Assembly: GCF_022045235.1 (NCBI RefSeq)
Contig: NW_027266277.1
Coordinates: forward strand, 5,456,001-5,520,000
Reading direction: 5' to 3'
Length of the DNA stretch: 64,000 nucleotides
Source of the DNA: Haliotis cracherodii
Lineage: Eukaryota
Each line of letters opens with the position of its first letter. Positions within the stretch are counted from its first letter, which is position 1. Shown one piece after another: positions 1-12,501 of this stretch. Both the position numbers and the translations under genes were made by a program. The notes beneath the pieces are model-generated. The model made no database searches, was not told the DNA's origin, and saw only the letters and a list, made by a program, of their open reading frames with translations.

Positions 1-3000
1 GCTGTACCCACCCTACACAATACTCACTACACAAAAGTGATTGCTGTACCCGCCCTACAAAGAACTCACTACATCATTGTGATTGCTGTACCCGCCCTAC
101 ACACCACTCACTACACCAAGGTGATTGCTGTACCCACCCTACAAACAACTCACTACATCAAGGTAAATTCTGTACCCGCTCTACAGTCAATTCACTACAT
201 CAATTTGATTGCTGTACCCGCCCCAAAACTCCACTCACTACATCAATGTGATTGCTGTAACCGCCCTACACACCACTCACTACACCAATTTGATTACTGT
301 ACCCGCCCTACACACCACTCACTACACCAAGGTGATTGCTGTACCTACCCTACACACAACTCACTACATCAAGGCGATTCCTGTACCCGCCCCAAAACAC
401 CACTCACTACATCAAGGTGATTGCTGTACCCACCCTACACACCACTCACTGCATCAAGGTGATTGCTCTACCCACCCTACAAACCACTCACTACATCAAT
501 GTGATTGCTGTACCCACCCTACACACCACTCACTACATCAAGTTGATTGTTGTACCCGCCCTACAAACAACTCACTACATCAAGGCGATTGCTGTACCCG
601 CCCTACACACCACTCACTACACCAAGGTGATTCCTGTACCTGCCCTACAAACAACACTCACTACATCAAGGTGATTGCTGTACCCGCACTACACACCACT
701 CACTACACCAAGGTGATTGCTGTACCCGCCCTACACACCACTCACTACACCAATTTGATTGCTGTACCCACCCTAAACACCACTCACTACACCAAGGTGA
801 TTGCTGTACCCGCCTTACACACCACTCACTACATCAAGGTGATTGCTGTACCCGCCTTACACACCACTCACTACATCAAGGTGATTTCTGTACCCGCTCT
901 ACACACCACTCATTACACCAATTTGATTGCTGTGCCCACCCTACACAACACTCACTACACCAAGGTGATTGCTGTACCCGCCCCAAAACACCACTCACTA
1001 CATCAAGTCGATTGCTGTACCCGCCCTACAAACAACACTCACTACACCAAGGTGATTTCTGTCCCCGACCTACACACCACTCACTACATCAAGGTGATTG
1101 CTGTACCCGCCCTACAAAGAACTCACTACACCAAGGTGATTGCTGTACCTACCCTACACACCACTCACTACATCAAGGTGATTGCTGTACCCACCCTACA
1201 CACCACTCACTACGTCAAGGTGATTGCTCTACCCACCCTACAAACCACTCACTACATCAATGTGATTGCTGTACCCACCCTACACACCACTCACTACATC
1301 AAGTTGATTGCTGTACCCGCCCTACAAACAACTCACTACATCAAGGCGATTGCTGTACCCACCCTACACACCACTCACTACACCAAGGTGATTCCTGTAC
1401 CTGCCCTACAAACAACACTCACTACATCAAGGTGATTGCTCTACCCGCACTACTTACCACTCACTACACCAAGGTGATTGCTGTACCCGCCGTACACACC
1501 ACTCACTACACCAATTTGATTCCTGTACCCAACCTAAACACCACTCACTACACCAAGGTGATTGCTGTACCCGCCTTACACACCACTCACTACATCAAGG
1601 TGATTGCTGTACCCGCCTTACACACCACTCACTACATCAAGGTGATTTCTGTACCCGCTCTACACACCACTCATTACACCAATTTGATTGCTGTGCCCAC
1701 CCTACACAACACTCACTACACCAAGGTGATTGCTGTACCCGCCCCAAAACACCACTCACTACATCAAGTCGATTGCTGTACCCGCCCTACAAACAACACT
1801 CACTACACCAAGGTGATTTCTGTCCCCGACCTACACACCACTCACTACATCAAGGTGATTGTTGTACCCGCCCTACACACCACTCACTACACCAAGGTGA
1901 TTGCTGTACCCACCCTACAAACAACTCACTACATCAAGGTGATTGCTGTACCCGCCCCAAAACACCACTCACTACATCAAGGTGATTGCTGTACCCGCCC
2001 TGCACACCACTCACAACATCAAGGTGATTGCTGTGCCCGCCCTACACACCACTCACAACATCAAGGTGATTGCTGTACCCGCCCTACACACCTCTTACTA
2101 CACCGAGGTGATTGCTGTACCTACGCTACACACAACTCACTACATCAAGGTGATTGCTGTACCCGCCCTACACAACACTCACTACATCAAGGTGATTGCT
2201 GTACCCGCCCTACACACGACTCACTACACCAAGGTGATTGCTGTACCCGCTCTACACACAACTCACTACACCAAGGTGATTGCTGTAACCGCCCTACACA
2301 CAACTCACTACACCAAGGTGATTGCTGTACCCGCCCTACACACCACTCACTGCACCGAGGTAATTGCTGTACCTACCCTACACACCACTCACTACATCAA
2401 GGTGATTGCTGTAACCGCCCTACACACAACTCACTACACCAAGGAGATTGCTGTACCAGCCCTACACACCACTCACTGCAAAGAGGTGATTGCTGTACCC
2501 GCCCTACACACGACTCACTGCACCGAGGTGATTGTTGTACCCGCCCTACACACAACACTCACTACATCAAGGTGATTGCTGTACCCGCCCTACACACCAC
2601 TCACTACACCAAGGTGATTGCTGTACCTGCCCTTCACACCACTCACTACATCAAGGTGATTGCTGTACCCGTCCTACAAAGAACTCACTAAACCAATGTG
2701 ATTGCTGTACCTACCCTACACACCACTCACTACATCAAGGTGATTGCTGTACCTACCCTACACACCACTCACTACATCAAGGTGATTGCTGTACCCACCC
2801 TACACACCACTCACTACATCAAGTTGATTGTTGTACCCGCCCTACAAACAACTCACTACATCAAGGCGATTGCTGTACCCGCCCTACACACCAGTCACTA
2901 CACCAAGGTGATTGTTGTACCCGCCCTACAAACAACACTCACTACATCAAGGTGATTGCTGTACCCGCACTACACACCACTCACTCCACCAAGGTGATTG

Positions 3001-4353
3001 CTGTACCCGCCCTACACACCACTCACTACACCAATTTGATTCCTGTACCTACCCTACACACAACTCACTACATCAAGGTGATTGCTGTACCCACCCTACA
3101 CACCACTCACTACGTCAAGGTGATTGCTGTACCGACCCTACACACCACTCACTACATCAAGGTGATTGCTGTACCCACCCTACACACCACTCACTACATC
3201 AAGTTGATTGTTGTACCCGCCCTACAAACAAGTCACTACATCAAGGTGATTGCTGTACCCGCCCAAAAAAACACCACTCACTACACCAAGGTGATTTCTG
3301 TACCCGCCCTACACACCACTCACTACATCAAGGTGATCGCTGTACCCACCCTACACAACACTCAGTACATCAATTTGATTGCTGTACCGGCCCCAAAACA
3401 CCACTCACTACACCAAGGTGATTGCTGTACCCATCCAACACACCACTCACTACGTCAATGTATTTTCTGTACCCACCTACACACCACTCACTACGTCAAT
3501 GTGATTTCTGTACCCGCCCTACACACAACTCACTACACCAAGGTGATTGCTGTACCCGCCCTACACACCACTCACTACACCAAGGTGATTGCTGTACCCA
3601 CCCTACACACCACTCACTGCACCGAGGTGATTGTTGTACCCGCCCTACACACCACTCACTACATCAAGGTGATTGATGTACCCACCCTACACACCACTCA
3701 CTACATCAAGTTGATTGTTGTACCCGCCCTACAAACAAGTCACTACATCAAGGCGATTGCTGTACCCGCCCTACACACCAGTCACTACACCAAGGTGATT
3801 CCTGTACCCGCCCTACACACCACTCACTACATCAAGTTGATTGTTCTACCCGCCCTACAAACAAGTCACTACATCAAGGCGATTGCTGTACCCGCCCTAC
3901 ACACCAGTCACTACACCAAGGTGATTGATGTACCCACCCTACACACCACTCACTACATCAAGTTGATTGTTGTACCCGCCCTACAAACAAGTCACTACAT
4001 CAAGGCGATTGCTGTACCCGCCCAAAAAAACACCACTCACTACACCAAGGTGATTTCTGTACCCGCCCTACACACCACTCACTACACCAAGGTGATTGCT
4101 GTACCCACCCTACACAACACTCACTACATCAATTTGATTGCTGTACCCGCCCCAAAACACCACTCACTACACCAAGGTGATTGCTGTACCCATCCTACAC
4201 ACCACTCACTACGTCAATGTATTTTCTGTACCCACCTACACACCACTCACTACGTCAATGTGATTTCTGTACCCACCTACACACCACTCACTACGTCAAT
4301 GTGATTACTGTACCAGCCCTACACACCACTCACTACACCAAGGTGATTGCTGT
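1..4353. repeat. 42-bp CA-rich minisatellite (about 100 units, truncated by window start)
   Basis: Unit TCAAGGTGATTGCTGTACCCGCCCTACACACCACTCACTACA (period 42, e.g. GTGATT at 671 and 713), with 43/44-bp variants. It explains the repetitive ORFs (IKVIAVPALHTTHY)n and (HHSLHQGDCCTRPT)n. Confidence 0.97.
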
Positions 4354-5280
4354 TCAATTTAATTCACGTAAAAGCAAGCGAACACCGCTCGCATTCTCGC
4401 ATAGTCATTTAACCGTAGACACAGGGTTTTACCTAACTTGAACTACAAAGATCTACAGCCCATCGCAGAGGGTGGAATGCAGGAATGTACGGAATAAACA
4501 ACCAGCTCTGTGACTTATCGTGACAGTCAACAGCAGTCTGTGCATTTACTTTACATGTATTCCACAAGTCACGTTCAGTGACAACAATGGGAAGAACTCT
4601 ACTGTTGCCTTTGTTTGCGTGTCTCCTGTTGCGTATTACAGTGTTAATGAATGTAGATGATTTGTGGGGTAATTCTGAACAGGAGTTTTCATATCTTATA
4701 ATATTAGTCAAGTCCACAAATATTGAAACTGGAGACTACATACGGTATTTGGGCATACACACGTTTATATTATCTCTCACTTAAGACACTTTCCCCAAGT
4801 ATGAGTTCCGTGGAGTGTGAACCTTCTGACGTACGGACCTCCCCCTATGAAGCTCACAGTGTAATGAGCTGAAGCAGTGGAGTCAGTTTTTACACAAAGG
4901 CTGCAGATGTTACGTCTATTATCTGAAATGAAAATATGATTGTTGTTGTTATTTAGCATATAATGCACAATAAACTGGAGAAGTCTAGACTGGCCAAAGT
5001 ATTGTAGAGTTGCTTGGGGATTTTCAGATATGTTTGTTCCAGGTTCTAGATGAGAGACTTGTTTTTTAATCTTATTAGAAAGACAAAGTCTGTTTTTTCA
5101 AGAGGATCGTGTGAGCAATAAATTCTACAAATATCAGAATACTCCTCCCCTAGATACATATTCCGCTGAACTATGATTGAGCACATTTTGTTGGAGTAAG
5201 ATAAGAAACGTCACCGGTACTGATAGGTTATCAGCAGAGAGCGGTACCATTCAGGTGTGTGTCGTACACATATCTCGAGA

Positions 5281-7561
5281 ATGACACAGTGTATTCTATA
5301 TCTTCTCCTCTTTCTCTGTTATGCTGAGGCTGCTCCTCTTATTTCAAGCCCCTGGGGTAAGATTCAAGGAGTCACCCAAACCTCACCGACCGGCAAGACG
5401 TACAACGCCTATTATGCCATACCTTATGCTCTCTCTCCAACTGGAAAACTTCGGTTCCGACCGCCAAGTCCACATCCAGATGTTATAGAAGTCTGGCAGG
5501 CCACACAGTATGGCCCAGTTTGTAGTCAGCAAGGTTTTGGCTTTGAATATTCCTTCGAGCGAGGACTGTCTGACGTTAGGCGTCCATGTACCAACATCCG
5601 GAGGTTCTGGAAAGTCTGTTATGGTTTGGATCCATGATGGATCGTTTACGACGGGCGGTGCTCCACTGTATGATTCGTGGAAGCTGGTGACAGAGGAGGA
5701 CGTCATCGTTGTGGTTGTCCAGTACAGACTGGGTGTGTTCGGATTCCTCTCAACAGGCAACGCTGAAGCTCCGGGTAACTTTGGGTTACTTGACCAGGTT
5801 CTCGCATTGAAATGGGTTCAGAAAAATATTGGATCATTTGGAGGAGATCCTGACAGTGTCACCATTGTCGGGGAGTCTGCGGGGTCAGCTAGCGTGTCCC
5901 TCCATACCCTGTCTCCTGTGTCCAAGGGACTCTTCAAAAGAGCTATAATGCAGAGTGGAGCTGCCACAGCATATTGGGCGAATGACAAAAGATACAGAGA
6001 GAAGCTTGACCAAATTTCCTCAGCCGTGAATTGTTCTGGGATGGCGACAGACAAGCAGACCGTTGCCTGTCTAAGAGGCCTACCTGCTAGTGTTCTTCTC
6101 ACGGCGACGGATGGAATGGATTCCGAGCCTGTTGTTGATGGATATTTCATGCCAGCTGATCCTGCTACCTTGATCCAGAACGTAACGTACCTCACAGATC
6201 TAGGGTTTTATTGCATGGACGCATTGGTTGGTGTCAATAACAACGAGGGCGGGCTACTGCTTGAGAACGCTAGATCTTCCGATGCTCGAGATAACACGTC
6301 CACTGCTGAAACACTGAATTCAACATACGTTTACGACAAAATACTCATTCCCAATATTTTAAAGTCAACCCATTTGTATAACGCCATTTTGGCTGACATC
6401 TTATCATACGAGTACACGTCACCGCGAACAGAGAACCAGAAAACCCTCGATATCAATGATGTTCTCCACACCTAAGGTGATGTCACATTCGTCGCCCCTG
6501 CAGTCGCGTATGCCCGGCGACACTCCGACAACAGAAAAAATGGCGGGAGGGGCAAAACCTATTTCTACTATTTCAATCATTACACATCATTCTCTGCAGG
6601 AAGTGGCACACAGGGAATGTACCATGGATTTGATGTATATATATGTTTGGCCTCAGTACAAAATCGATATCTTTCTTCAGACTCTTCGGACTCATCACAA
6701 AAGATGAAGAGACCCTGTCAAACACATTTGTAAACTTCCTGACGCCGTTTGCTAAAACAGGGTAGGTACATGAAGAATTACAGACAGTTATGCACTAGTT
6801 ACACATTGATTGATCCTCTTAATTTATTTCTTCACATCAGTACATGCTTACTGAAATATATTTCAAACTGATAATATATATATATCGATTTTGTGGTGGG
6901 GTGGGGTGTTCAAGCAAGATGTTTCGGAATGTCGTGTTCGTGGAGAATACTGTTCACACAAATGTGTCGGATTTCAGGAACACTGAACTCTGTTTAGGAA
7001 TACCTAGAGAATTTAAATATGGGACGGACAGCGACGAAATAATTATTTGTGAAGCTTGAGGTCAATATTCCATTCATAACCCGCACAAGACATGTAGGCC
7101 ATGGTGTTATTCTTAACTTAACTTACACTTACAGCTGTAATCAATAATATCTTATCACTGGTATTTTACACATGTTTGTATTTTCAGCTTCTCTGATCAA
7201 TTTTTAAACTTTCTCAATATTCGGCAAAAGATAATGGTATCATTTCGAAAATGTAATTCGTTGACACCGGTAATAAGGTCGACGATGACAAATCAACGTA
7301 ACACAAGTATACATGGGGTGGTTTGGTAGTAGAAATTCCAGTTCAGCCGTGCAGCTTCCCCTGGGTGGTACATGGAAACAGTTTGACGGCCAGGATGAAG
7401 CCTACCTCTCCTTCACCACCAACATGACCCTGGAGCATCACCTGCAGGCTAAACATGTCTCCTTCTGGCTCCATCTGATGCCGGAGCTCTTTCAGCTCGA
7501 GCGGGCTAAACTCACGGCTCCAGGCATCGGACACCAAGGCACAGACATGATGGTGGGGTGA
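5281..7561 (+). pseudogene. Type-B carboxylesterase pseudogene (CES-A), paralogue of CES-B
   Basis: Exon 1 is 5281-6761 and exon 2 is 7333-7561 (GT..AG). Compared with CES-B it has an 8-bp deletion near 5542 (frameshift), oxyanion motif HGGS->HDGS, TAC->TAA at 6473-6475 and a 1-bp deletion near 6635. GESAG, EDCL and NNNEG are retained. Confidence 0.92.
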
Positions 7562-9880
7562 CCGCGACCATTCAATAATAAAACCGCTGAATGACTTCAT
7601 GCCGTGTAGGTTTGTTTACGATCAATTTATATCCAAATCAGGATCTTGTAGTTCACGAGGAACTGTATTAAAATTATAACGAAGGGCACGGTGTTTGGTC
7701 ATACATAGTAATAACATGCATAGTTAATACCTCTTACAAGGCATGATTATTAACACAAGGGACTTCTCTCATCTACCCAATACACTCTACAATCGACAAC
7801 TTGTGACGACAGAGGATAACTTACACAAATGATGTGTCATTAATTATATTCATGCAGACATGTTGCTCTTCGTGAGTTGGAATCTCTGTCTAGATTCCAT
7901 AAAAGAGTAATATACTATACTTCTATATACTGCCTGAAGCTGACCTACCACAAGTCAACGCTGGGTGAGTGAAGGTCTATCATTTATAAATACATTCCGC
8001 CGATATCCCCGCTGAGCATTAGACATGTTTCGGTTTCCTGAAACTATCAGCTGGATTTACATAATGTCCTTTTGGTATGTTATCCTTACCGAATGAATTC
8101 CTTATGACTTTCAAGGCCTTTCTCTCAGAAACGTCAAACTCTGATCAAGAATGCATATCCCGTTTAAACCAAACAAAATCCGAAAATGCCCAAGCAAGTC
8201 CACAATAAATTTGCAAGTCTAGATTCCTTCAGTTCTGCAAAATTATAACATTCTCTTGGCTCCGTTTCGTAAACTAGTGAAATGTTGGTCCAATGAAATA
8301 CCGCCCGTGTCTGAATAATGCAGACATTCTTCACAGTGTCAGACAGGAGATTGTAGGAGCGCTTCACAATACCCGTCTTTCTCAGTGCAGTTGTTCAATG
8401 TGAGTCAAACCGTCTATTGAACTGTCACCAATTAAAGCGAGTGGCTCCGATGGTTTATCAACGAATGGACACTTAAATTGAACTCCCCGCAAACGTCAGT
8501 GTTTAGGGTGTCCTTCACCCACGTTATTTGTATTTTCATTATCTCTCCACCAGTGTTGCTGAACTAAACCATGTTAGAAGTTCCGTGTGCCTACATGAGC
8601 GTACTTATGTACATCACAGTTTATTTTCAAGTCGTGTCACGGCGATGACACCAGCATTGTTTGTGTTGACAAGGAAGGCATATCGAAGTTCTTGTGAATT
8701 TTCACTCTTTGAAATGTAGCATGTTTACATAATTATGTACACATGATAATACCATTCAAAAGACCCATAATAGCGGATACTTTCAATGTGTTCAGCGGAT
8801 GTTGATTATTTGTTTCAAACACACACTGCTTGCATGTTGTGCTGGGATAACACCAACCAATTTTAAACAGAGAAATGGTATCTTTCACATGACAATAGAC
8901 CTTACCTTACGTCTACGTGCTTGATACCTGTGTGAGATCGAAATGGCCGCACGTTTTTTCTTTTAGGGTTATATTTTAGTATGACCAGAAATCTTCTGAA
9001 TATATTGAATATTGGCTGTCCGTTATTATCAAACGATCTGCACTTGTGGGAGGAGAAATGATAGAACCCCAAAAGAAAGTTAATGATAATAATGTATTAC
9101 AAAGTGAAAGAAAACAAAAACGGATTTTTAATTACATAAACCAATGCTAATACTACTGATACTAAATTAATACTAAACTAATACTTATGCAACTATTACA
9201 CGACAACTAAAATACTACACTTTTAATACTACTATTAACTCTCCACTGCTAATACTAAGACTAACCACTATTACTATCCACTAAACTACACACTAACCTC
9301 TACTCTAATACTACTAATTATAAATATATTACATATCTACACATACAAATTCCAGTACAATACAGGATACAGTTCAGGTATCACACATTCATCTGTTAAT
9401 TCAAGTCACAATTCAACTGATGATGTTCACATACACAGTATGACACAGAAGACACATACAAAGTATTTTGCGTGAAAACAAAATGTAATGGGGTCCATAA
9501 TAGCGACATTAGCAGGTTCAGGACAATAGGTACTCATTCACCTGTCTTTTCTGTCCAGTCATGATTATCACAATTGTCCTCCATGACAAAAGAGTTCACT
9601 GGCGTAGGTGGTTAACGTCTATTATCATCCAAAACTGGCTCCCACGGGAGATATCGGTTGGATGAGACCAAGCGATATCTACACTGTAGATATCGCTGCA
9701 ATGAAATTACACCACAATGCTTTGCAGACCATTGTGACGTCACTGGTTACCATGACGTCACAATCAATTGACATCACTAATGGCTCTGCTACTGAAGCTG
9801 CTTGAAGTACTTTTTACACTGAAGACACTGCTAATTACTATCTACAAATTGAAAAAGTTGAAAGAATGATGTTGGATGAT

Positions 9881-10038
9881 AAATAAAATCTCACCCTCGT
9901 GTCTTTTGATATCAAATATATCAATACTCGTTGATAAAAGTGGCAAAAACCCTCGGCAAGCCTCGGAATTTTTCCACTTTTATCAACTCGTGTTGAAATA
10001 TTTGATATCAAAAGACACTCGGGTGAGATTCTCTATTT
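9881..10038. repeat. About 158-bp imperfect palindrome (foldback), probably the terminus of a non-autonomous DNA element
   Basis: The arms of about 70 bp (AAATAAAATCTCACCCTCGTGTCTTTTGATATCAAATA... / ...TATTTGATATCAAAAGACACTCGGGTGAGATTCTCTATTT) are near reverse complements. Confidence 0.8.
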
Positions 10039-10164
10039 ACAGTTCATGTTGAGGAGATATAGTATTCCCCGCAACACTTTTATACTCCACCACGATTGGA
10101 GTTTCGTATTTGTCTCCCCCCAGACGGTCCCCCTCTGTATACCTGTGTGGCTCTCCGTTTATCC

Positions 10165-10866
10165 CCAGCGTGAGACGAACTGGGGTGGTCCGAGTATCAT
10201 GGTGTGGGGTGGAATGGGTCCTGCACAGAGGGACGGCCCTGTGGTCTTGAAGAACATCGGTCCAGGGAGACGCAATGGTGACACAGCAGCTCGGTACATT
10301 GATCAAGTCTTGAGACCACACGCCATACCTCATTTGACACGTCGCCGCAAGTCGCCGCAACCACGAGTTTCAGCATGATAATGCCCATGCCCATACTGCG
10401 AGATCAACACGAGACTTCCTCCAGCAGAATGGCATGAGAACCATGCAGTGGCCTGTCCTCAGACCCGATTTAAATCCCATTGAGCACCTGTCGGGCGAGA
10501 TTCAAAGACGGCTGAATGACGTCCGACCAAGGTCGACAACTGCAACTGAACTGCGTCAGGCGTTCCTCAGAGTGTTGGCACAAGTACCTATAGCCTTCAT
10601 CAACCGCCTCATACATTCCATGTATCGACGTTGCATTGCAGTCATCAATGCACATGGCGGACACACGAGACACTGACTTGTGATGTCATTTTCTCAGAGA
10701 CTAGTGTTTCACTTTAAGAACATTTGACACTTTCATTTCAACCTTAGTGATCAGTTTTGATTAGTTTGATCTTTTTAATATGTCTCAAAGTATGTTTACA
10801 GTGTTTGTACAAATAAGGTTTCTCATAAATCTATCCATGGTGACGTTTCTTTTGCGGTTCAGTGTA
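10165..10866 (+). mobile_element. Tc1-like (DD34E) transposon, degenerate 3' fragment
   Basis: Translates to GGPSIMVWGG..RYIDQVLRPH..FQHDNAHAHTAR..WP..PDLNPIEHL..GGHTRH. A 10-bp duplication (GTCGCCGCAA) causes a frameshift. Right TIR ...CGTTTCTTTTGCGGTTCAGTG is followed by TA. Confidence 0.9.
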
Positions 10867-11042
10867 CATTATATATATAGAGATCTCTGTTATGAATGCA
10901 TCATAGTAAAAGCTGAAAAATATTATAACGCTTTGTTACAATTTTACTCCACAATTACCTTTACAATACTCGCATAATTTCAGTATTTACTACACAATTA
11001 CCATATGAATAAACTACACGATTCTACAATACACGAAAAGAG

Positions 11043-11232
11043 TTTGTTTGTATGTTGTTAAACGCTGCACCCACTAATATTACAGCTATATGAAGGCCGT
11101 CTCTAAATAATCTAGTCTTGACTAGATAATACAGTGATTGACATCATGAGCATCGATCTACGCAATTCGGATACGATGGCATGCGGCAACTAAGTCAGCC
11201 GATTCCGTTAATCGCCTCTTATGACAAGCATT
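11043..11232 (-). mobile_element. SINE fragment (HaSE3-like family; same family as 25754 and 30033)
   Basis: Shares the (TTTG)n tail and the core ATCATGAGCATCGATCTACGCAATT..GATACGATG with the other copies in the window. Confidence 0.7.
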
Positions 11233-11537
11233 GGCTAGATGGATACAAGTTTATACAAGCATTTATATTTTAAATAAATATGATCACTTAACTACTTTTA
11301 ATTTAATTCAGTGTTTTGGCAATGTTAGTTGTTTATTGTCTGTCATTTGGCCTTTTTCGTATTTGACTACACACTGAGGTCATTTCCAATTTTCACCGCT
11401 AAAATGTAAACACAAACTGAAAATTGTAAGTTCAGTGCTTCATAGGATGATGATGAGTATTGGTGTGATGATTCTTTTGATAGTTTTATACTCTTTTTAT
11501 AGAGTGATTCTAACCCCTTCATATTCACGTTTTTTTA

Positions 11538-11885
11538 TGTAATCTCGAAACGTAGATGAAAGTGTCATCTGTAAACGTAGATGAAAGTGTCATCTGTAAA
11601 CGTAGATGAAAGTGTCATCTGTAAACGTAGATGAAAGTGTTATCTGTAAACGTAGATGAAAGTGTCATCTCGAAACGTGGATGAAAGTGTCATCTGTAAA
11701 CGTAGATGAAAGTGTCATCTGTAAACGTAGATGAAAGTGTCATCTGTAAACGTAGATGAAAGTGTCATCTGGAAACGTAGATGAAAGTGTCATCTGGAAA
11801 CGTAGATGAAAGTGTCATCTGTAAACGTAGATGAAAGTGTAATTTGTAAACGTAGATGAAAGTGTAATCTGTAAACGTAGATGAT
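11538..11885. repeat. 25-bp minisatellite (about 13-14 units)
   Basis: Unit AAACGTAGATGAAAGTGTCATCTGT, period 25 (11548, 11573...). Each unit contains the inverted repeat AGATGA-aagtg-TCATCT. Confidence 0.95.
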
Positions 11886-12501
11886 ACTTTCACCTACGTA
11901 GATGGTACTAGTATTTTATGGGCGTCCAAGTCAAAGGATACCGCACTGGGACTTAGTGCCAAAACGTCAACAATACTTATTCCACTAGTGACAACACTTT
12001 AAAATACTCCCCGTTGCGTTGATTGAAGCCAATGACATACAATGTAAATGATTTCTGGAGAAATTCTGGACAGAAACGTTCACCTCTTTATGATGTTTGT
12101 TAAATCTACAAATAATGTTACTCGTGACTGAAAGGCATTTGAGCATACATGCGTCCACATTATCTCTCACTCGCACTATATGAAAGAGTGTTATAACGAA
12201 ACATTCCTTGTAGTGTGAACCGTCCGACGTACGGACCTCGCTCTGTGAAGGTTAGCAGTGTAATGAGCTGACCCATTGGAGTCAGTTTTTACATAAAGGC
12301 TGAACATGTTAAGTATATTATCTGAAATGAAAGTGGGTCGTGCACACAGTAGTATTAGAATATTCCTTCCCTAGATACATATTCCGCTGAACTATGATTG
12401 AGCACATTTTGTTGGAGTAAGATAAGAAACGTCACCGGTACTGATAGGTTATCAGCGGAGAGCAGTAGAATTCAGGTGTGTGTCGTACACATATCTCGAG
12501 A

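Noticed and set aside
37-4441. Long His/Cys/Thr-rich ORFs (up to 590 aa) resembling metal-binding repeat proteins
   Set aside because: They are translations of a 42-bp minisatellite that is open in two frames. Frames swap at 43/44-bp units, and there is no signal peptide or credible start.
5630-5645. Oxyanion Gly->Asp in CES-A resembling the Lucilia E3 G137D organophosphate-hydrolase mutation
   Set aside because: It affects the first Gly of the motif, not the third, and lies downstream of a frameshift in a pseudogene.
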